Assembly: GCA_049509455.1 (NCBI GenBank)
Contig: JBEKZX010000007.1
Span: forward strand, 1 to 49,560
Direction of reading: 5' to 3'
Source of the DNA: Conexivisphaerales archaeon
Lineage (GTDB): Archaea; Thermoproteota; Nitrososphaeria; Conexivisphaerales; DTJL01
DNA: 49,560 nucleotides
This document shows positions 44,634-49,560 of this stretch, piece by piece (the first letter of the stretch is position 1; every line of letters begins with the position of its first letter). Both the position numbers and the translations under genes were made by a program. A model generated the notes under the pieces. It was not told the DNA's origin, did not search any database, and saw only the letters and a list, made by a program, of their open reading frames with translations.

Positions 44634-46826
44634 ATGCCGCGTTTTAAGACCACGATCGAAGCACTGAAGATCATCTCGAACAAAGCTCAGATCAGGAACT
44701 TTGGGGTGATTGCGCACGTTGATCACGGGAAGACGACGATGTCCGATAGCTTACTCGCGGCTTGTGGAATGCTCAGCGCCAGCGTAGCAGGGCAGGCTTT
44801 GGCACTCGATTACATGGAGCTCGAGCAGCAGAGGCAGATGACCATCAAGGCGGCCAACGTTACGCTATACCACGAAGAGAAGGGGACGCCCTACGTCTTC
44901 AACATGATCGACACTCCCGGCCACATCGATTTCACCGGGAAGGTGACGAGGAGCCTCAGGGCCATCGATGGCGCCGTCGTGGTGGTGGACTCCGTCGAAG
45001 GGGTGATGACCCAGACGGAGACGGTCACCCGCCAGGCCCTGGAGGAGAGGGTGCGTCCCGTCCTCTACATCAACAAGATCGACCGCCTCGTGAAGGAGCT
45101 CCGGCTTACCCCCGACAAGATGCAGGTGTGGCTGGCCAACATCATCGCGGAGTTCAACAACCTGATCACGGTCTACGCCGAGCCGGAATACAGGGACAAG
45201 TGGAAGGTCTCCATACAGGACAATAGCGTCGCCTTCGGCAGCGCCAAGGACAAGTGGGGATTCACCCTCGAAATGGCCAAGAGGGCGGGCTTCGGGTTCA
45301 AGGATGTTTACGACGCCTACACGACGGGCGACCCCAAGACTCTCGGAGAAAGGGTGGCCCTCCATGAGGCAGTCCTGAGTATGGTGGTCCGTCATCACCC
45401 TCCGCCTGATGTGGCCCAGGCTTACCGTATCCCCAAGATCTGGAAGGGGGACTTGGAGAGCGAAGTAGGCAAGGCGCTCCTGAAATGTGACGACAACGGG
45501 CCCATAGTGATGATGGTCACCAACGTGGTGGTGGACCCTCAGGCGGGTCTTGTGGCAACCGGGAGGCTCTTCAGTGGGACCATCCACGACGGCGACACGG
45601 TCAACCTCATCAACGTCAAACGGGAGGGCCGCGTCCAGAGCGTCAACATGTACATGGGATTCCTCAGAGAGATGGTTGGGTTTCTCCCGGCTGGCAACAT
45701 CCCTGCGCTCCTCGGGCTGGAATACGCCCGATCCGGCGAGACGCTCAGCAGCGTCAAGGGGATAGCCCAGTTCGAGGGGATCAAGTACGTATCCGAGCCT
45801 GTGGTCACCGTCGCGGTTGAGGCAAAGAACCCTCGCGACCTTCCGAAGCTCGTGGAGGCCCTTCAGCGCATGCACATTGAGGATCCCAACCTCATAATCA
45901 GGATAAACGAGGAGTCGGGGGAGACCCTCATGGCTGGCATGGGCGTGCTGCACCTTGAAATCGCAACGACCTTGCTTCAGCGCGAGGGGTTGGACATCAT
46001 CACCAGCGAGCCGCTCATCAATTATAGGGAGACCATACTGGGGAGGGCAGGTCCCGTCATGTCGAAGAGCCCCAACAGGCACAACAAGATTTTCATGCGT
46101 GTTGAGCCGCTCGAGAACGAAGTGGTCAACAAGATCAGGACCGGAGAGATCAGCGAGAACGTCGACGATAAGGTGGTGACTAAGATGCTCAAAGAAGCCG
46201 GATGGGACAGCGACGAAGCCCGGAGCGTCGAGGCTATCGATGAGAAGGGCAACATCCTCATAGAGGAGACCAAGGGCGTCCAGTTCCTGCAGGAATCCAT
46301 GGATTCCATCAGGGCTGGATTCACCGACGTAATGAACAACGGCCCCCTGGCCTACGAGTTCTGTCGGGGTGTCAAGGTGATTCTGCACCACTTCGTCCCA
46401 CACGAGGACCCCGCCCACAGGACGTACGCCCAGCTCATGCCCGCCAGTCGGAGGGCCATCTTGGGCTCCATGCTTCTCGCGTCCCCGGCCCTGCTCGAGC
46501 CAGTCCAGGGGATTGAAGTAAAGTGCCCCATCGACCTGATCGGCGCCGTCGCCGGAGTCCTCTCCGCCAAGAGGGGGAAGCTCATCAACATCGAGCAGAA
46601 GGAGATCCTGGCCATAGTGGAGGGGGAGATTCCGTCGTCCGAGACATTCGACCTCAGCGAGGTCATGAGGGGAGCGACGGCGGGGAAGGCCATGTGGAAC
46701 ATGTACTTCAAGGCCTGGCAGCCCGTGCCCACCTCGCTGGTCAGGGGACTCATAGCCGACATACGCAAGCGCAAGGGCCTGCCGCCCGATGTCCCGCCTG
46801 CGGGCGAATTCATCGACAACGAATGA
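44634..46826 (+). CDS. fusA: Translation elongation factor 2 (aEF-2)
   Basis: AHVDHGKT, DTPGH, NKID, GMGVLHL, SPNRHNK, HEDPAHR, ATAGKA. Confidence 0.98.
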   Translation: MPRFKTTIEALKIISNKAQIRNFGVIAHVDHGKTTMSDSLLAACGMLSASVAGQALALDYMELEQQRQMTIKAANVTLYHEEKGTPYVFNMIDTPGHIDFTGKVTRSLRAIDGAVVVVDSVEGVMTQTETVTRQALEERVRPVLYINKIDRLVKELRLTPDKMQVWLANIIAEFNNLITVYAEPEYRDKWKVSIQDNSVAFGSAKDKWGFTLEMAKRAGFGFKDVYDAYTTGDPKTLGERVALHEAVLSMVVRHHPPPDVAQAYRIPKIWKGDLESEVGKALLKCDDNGPIVMMVTNVVVDPQAGLVATGRLFSGTIHDGDTVNLINVKREGRVQSVNMYMGFLREMVGFLPAGNIPALLGLEYARSGETLSSVKGIAQFEGIKYVSEPVVTVAVEAKNPRDLPKLVEALQRMHIEDPNLIIRINEESGETLMAGMGVLHLEIATTLLQREGLDIITSEPLINYRETILGRAGPVMSKSPNRHNKIFMRVEPLENEVVNKIRTGEISENVDDKVVTKMLKEAGWDSDEARSVEAIDEKGNILIEETKGVQFLQESMDSIRAGFTDVMNNGPLAYEFCRGVKVILHHFVPHEDPAHRTYAQLMPASRRAILGSMLLASPALLEPVQGIEVKCPIDLIGAVAGVLSAKRGKLINIEQKEILAIVEGEIPSSETFDLSEVMRGATAGKAMWNMYFKAWQPVPTSLVRGLIADIRKRKGLPPDVPPAGEFIDNE

Positions 46827-46878
46827 GCTCCTTCACGCCTCTTTCATCTTCCGTTCCAGCGTGAGGCACAGATCTTTC

Positions 46879-46909
46879 TTTCAAAACTTATATTCCCCCT
46901 TGAAAGGGG
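46879..46909 (+). promoter_or_regulatory. Carbamate kinase promoter with flanking palindromes
   Basis: CTTATA (46887-46892) bracketed by TTTCAA/TTGAAA and followed by CCCCT-TGAA-AGGGG (46896-46909). Confidence 0.4.
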
Positions 46910-46931
46910 TTCAGCCAAGGTCTGACGGAGT

Positions 46932-47888
46932 TTGGCAGATGAGAAGGGTATAGTCGTCATCGCCCTCGGCGGAAACGCCCTCTTGCAGAGGGGGCAGCAG
47001 CGCACGTTCGCCGCCCAATACGAGAACGTTAAGAGCTCGGCGGTCCCCATAGCAGATCTGATTCAGGCTGGTTACAAGGTGGTCATCACCCACGGCAACG
47101 GTCCGCAGGTGGGCGACGACCTCCTGCGCCAGGACGCCGGCTTCAAACTTCACGGCCTCCCTCCTTTCCCCATGGACGCCTGCGGGGCGGAGACCCAGGG
47201 CTTCATCGGCTACATGATACAGCAGGGCCTCAGGAACGAGCTGAAGAAGAGGGGCATCGACAAGTACGCGGTCACTGTCATCACCCGAATGCTGGTGGAC
47301 AAGGATGATCCGGCTTTCAGGAATCCCACCAAGCCGGTGGGACCCTTCTACGGCGAGGAGGAGGCCAAGAAGCTCGCCTCGCTACATCCGGAGTTCGTCT
47401 ACAAGGAGGACGCCGGAAGGGGTTGGAGGAGGGTCGTGCCGTCGCCCGACCCCAAGATCCTGGCAGAGAGGCGCGCCATCAGGACGCTGGTCGACGGCGG
47501 CTTCGTAGTAATCGCCAGCGGCGGCGGAGGAATCCCGGTCATCGAAGACGGAACGGTGGCGATGGGCGTGGAGGCCGTCATCGACAAGGACCTGGGAGGT
47601 CAGAGGCTGGCTTCGCTCATCGGCGCCGACACGTTCGTGATACTCACCGACGTGGACGCGGCCTGCTTGTTCTACGGGACTCCCCAGCAGAAGAAGCTGG
47701 GCATGGTGGGGTACACTGAGATGAAGAAGTACTACGACGATGGCCACTTCAAGGCGGGCAGCATGGGCCCCAAGGTCCTGGCTGCGCTGAGGTTCGTCGA
47801 AGGCGGGGGCAACGAAGCCATCATCGCGGAGCTCAGCCAGCTTAAGGCCGCGGTGGACGGAAAGAGCGGCACCCACGTCGTAAAGTGA
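46932..47888 (+). CDS. arcC: Carbamate kinase
   Basis: [55 protein letters not shown]. Confidence 0.97.
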   Translation: MADEKGIVVIALGGNALLQRGQQRTFAAQYENVKSSAVPIADLIQAGYKVVITHGNGPQVGDDLLRQDAGFKLHGLPPFPMDACGAETQGFIGYMIQQGLRNELKKRGIDKYAVTVITRMLVDKDDPAFRNPTKPVGPFYGEEEAKKLASLHPEFVYKEDAGRGWRRVVPSPDPKILAERRAIRTLVDGGFVVIASGGGGIPVIEDGTVAMGVEAVIDKDLGGQRLASLIGADTFVILTDVDAACLFYGTPQQKKLGMVGYTEMKKYYDDGHFKAGSMGPKVLAALRFVEGGGNEAIIAELSQLKAAVDGKSGTHVVK

Positions 47889-47902
47889 GAGACCTCTCTT
47901 CT

Positions 47903-48925
47903 CTACATGTTCCCGGACAGAAGCGCCAGCACTGCGGCCCTGACGTAGAGGAGGTTCTCCGCCTGGTCCAGGATCACGCTGTGGGGACCGTCCATGACCT
48001 CGTCGGTGGCCTCCTGCCCCCTGAAGACGGGGAGGACGTGCGTCACGATGGAATCCTTGTCCATCCTATCCACCTTCTTCTGGTCCAGTATCCACTCCTT
48101 GTATTGACCGTGGAGGGCGGCCTCCTTCTCCTTGCCGAACCTGTTCATCCCGACGGACACGCATTCATGGCTGGCCCAGCTCCTAGGGAAGACCACGTGG
48201 GCGCCTTCCAGTGCTTCGTCCAGGTCATGCGAGACCTTGAATTTGCTTCCGCTGGCGTCGGCGTTTCCCTTGGCCCACTCCATGACGGCGGGGTCCAGGT
48301 CGAAGCCTTCAGGGTACGCCATGGTGACGTCCATGCCGAAGCGTGAAGCGATGAGGGCCTCGTCCTGCACGCTCCCCCAGCTGCGGACGTGGTCGGTGTA
48401 GGTCCAGGCGATGACGTAATTCTTCCTCTCGACCTTGTCGTGCATCTTCTCCTTTATGGTCATCATGTCGGCGATGGCCTGGGTCGGATGGAACATGTCG
48501 TCAGCCATGGACACGGTCGGGATGTCGCAGTTGTCGGCGTACTCCTGGATCACCTGGTGGCCCTTCCCATAGAGGTAGTCCACGGCGTTCTCGAGGATCC
48601 TTATTCCGAGGACGTGGCCCAGCCTTTCGTACATCCTGGCCACGTCCTTGACCGCTTCTCCCTCGGAGCCGCGAGTGGTGGCGAAGTCGATGAACTGCGA
48701 ATGCCCTCCGAGGATGGTGGCCGCCGCTTCGAAGCTCGAGCGCGTCCTCGTCGATGTGTTGTAGAAGAGCATGAACATAGTCTTGTTCTTGAAGAGCTCG
48801 GGGACTGAGCCGGACTTATAGAGCGACTTGATGTGAGAAGCCGCGTCGATGCAATACTCGACTTCCTCCCTGCTCCAGTCCTGGGTGGACAGAAGGTCCC
48901 TCCCTACCAATTCCACAGTTTTCAT
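47903..48925 (-). CDS. Atypical carbamoyltransferase (YgeW/acetylornithine/ureidoglycine-carbamoyltransferase-like), substrate unknown
   Basis: STRT and HPTQ retained; WTY and PRSW replace the OTCase DxxxSMG loop; HVLP and AENL replace HCLP and AENR. Confidence 0.85.
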   Translation of the reverse strand: MKTVELVGRDLLSTQDWSREEVEYCIDAASHIKSLYKSGSVPELFKNKTMFMLFYNTSTRTRSSFEAAATILGGHSQFIDFATTRGSEGEAVKDVARMYERLGHVLGIRILENAVDYLYGKGHQVIQEYADNCDIPTVSMADDMFHPTQAIADMMTIKEKMHDKVERKNYVIAWTYTDHVRSWGSVQDEALIASRFGMDVTMAYPEGFDLDPAVMEWAKGNADASGSKFKVSHDLDEALEGAHVVFPRSWASHECVSVGMNRFGKEKEAALHGQYKEWILDQKKVDRMDKDSIVTHVLPVFRGQEATDEVMDGPHSVILDQAENLLYVRAAVLALLSGNM

Positions 48926-49066
48926 TTGAACCGAAATCGTTGCGATTCGCCATCGATTTAACGATTACTCGGGGAGCGGAATCCCTGTGTGACTCCCTCA
49001 GGGCCCATCGGCGCTGTCATGCAAAGGTAATTAGTGCCGCAATGCGAGTCGACACCGACAAGCGAC

Positions 49067-49560
49067 TTGAGCCTTGTAAGTGCCATGAGCTGCTCCAGGT
49101 GCGGCGCGCGCTATGACCCTCTTTCGATGCCGGTGATGTGCGAGAAGGAGGATCTGGGCAGGCTGGACATCTACTACGATTACGAGAAGGTGAAGGAAAC
49201 GCTCACGACGGACTCCCTCGCCGGCAGGCCCAGGGACGTCTGGCGCTGGGCCGAGCTCCTGCCTTCATACGAGAAGTTCGCGGCTCGGCTCGCAGAAGGG
49301 GGAACCCCCCTCCTGAAGGCCCCTCGCTTGGGGGAACGCATTGGCATCAGGAACCTTTACCTGAAGGACGAGACAAGGAACCCAACCGGCTCCTTCAAGG
49401 ACAGGGCCATGGCCGTCAGCGTCGCCAAGGCGGTGGAGAAGAAGGTCCGCACCGTCACGACGGCGAGCAGCGGGAACGCGGCAGCGGCCCTTTCGGCCTA
49501 CGCCGCGAGGGCTGGCCTCGAGGCTGTGGCTTTCGTCCTAGATTCGGCTAGCGACGCCAA
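49067..49560 (+). CDS. thrC: Threonine synthase, 5-prime partial (runs off the window; absent from the ORF track)
   Basis: CSRCG..., EGGTPL, NLYLKDETRNPTGSFKDR, ASSGNAAAALSAYAARAG. Start TTG 49067 or ATG 49085. Confidence 0.88.
   Translation, partial: MSLVSAMSCSRCGARYDPLSMPVMCEKEDLGRLDIYYDYEKVKETLTTDSLAGRPRDVWRWAELLPSYEKFAARLAEGGTPLLKAPRLGERIGIRNLYLKDETRNPTGSFKDRAMAVSVAKAVEKKVRTVTTASSGNAAAALSAYAARAGLEAVAFVLDSASDA

Noticed and set aside
44865-46418. Long antisense ORFs (517 aa opposite EF-2; also 10240..11490, 29225..30283, 8393..9313 and others)
   Set aside because: They lie opposite highly conserved genes and read as typical shadow frames of GC3-rich coding DNA; no motifs.
1-49560. CRISPR arrays, rRNA, tRNA, IS elements, recoded stop codons
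   Set aside because: I saw no regularly spaced repeats, RNA gene motifs, transposase motifs or in-frame stops within conserved genes; reading by eye could miss an intron-split tRNA.

Overview
GC-rich, gene-dense archaeal core-chromosome segment with about 45 protein genes. I found no rRNA, tRNA, CRISPR array or IS element. The gins23-mcm operon, short crenarchaeal-type XPF, non-catalytic tRNA-endonuclease subunit, archaeal DGGGP synthase and the EF-2 N-terminus point to a TACK archaeon, most likely Nitrososphaerota (inference). Contents from left to right: a redox block (bcp, thioesterase, a degenerate EtfB-EtfA fusion, and a fixAB(fused)-fixC-fixX operon); an information-processing block (hisS, rfcS, gins23-mcm-hel308, Asn-synthetase-like, xpf, rfcL, DGGGP synthase, endA, intein-containing rtcB); korAB; mre11-rad50; a PerR/Fur-like regulator; a CLC protein; EF-2; and a carbamate kinase converging on an atypical carbamoyltransferase. 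Best leads: (1) the carbamoyltransferase with altered HCLP and ENR motifs beside carbamate kinase, possibly an uncharacterised ATP-yielding ureido catabolic step; (2) a highly structured ~140-nt intergenic element next to a Per-box-like site between mre11 and fur, a candidate metal-regulated sRNA; (3) an RtcB intein whose homing endonuclease has lost both catalytic acidic residues; (4) two single-chain ETFs, one canonical bifurcating and one degenerate; (5) EF-2 with HRT in place of the diphthamide HRG motif; (6) pervasive UUG start codons. All calls come from reading motifs; no database searches were run.
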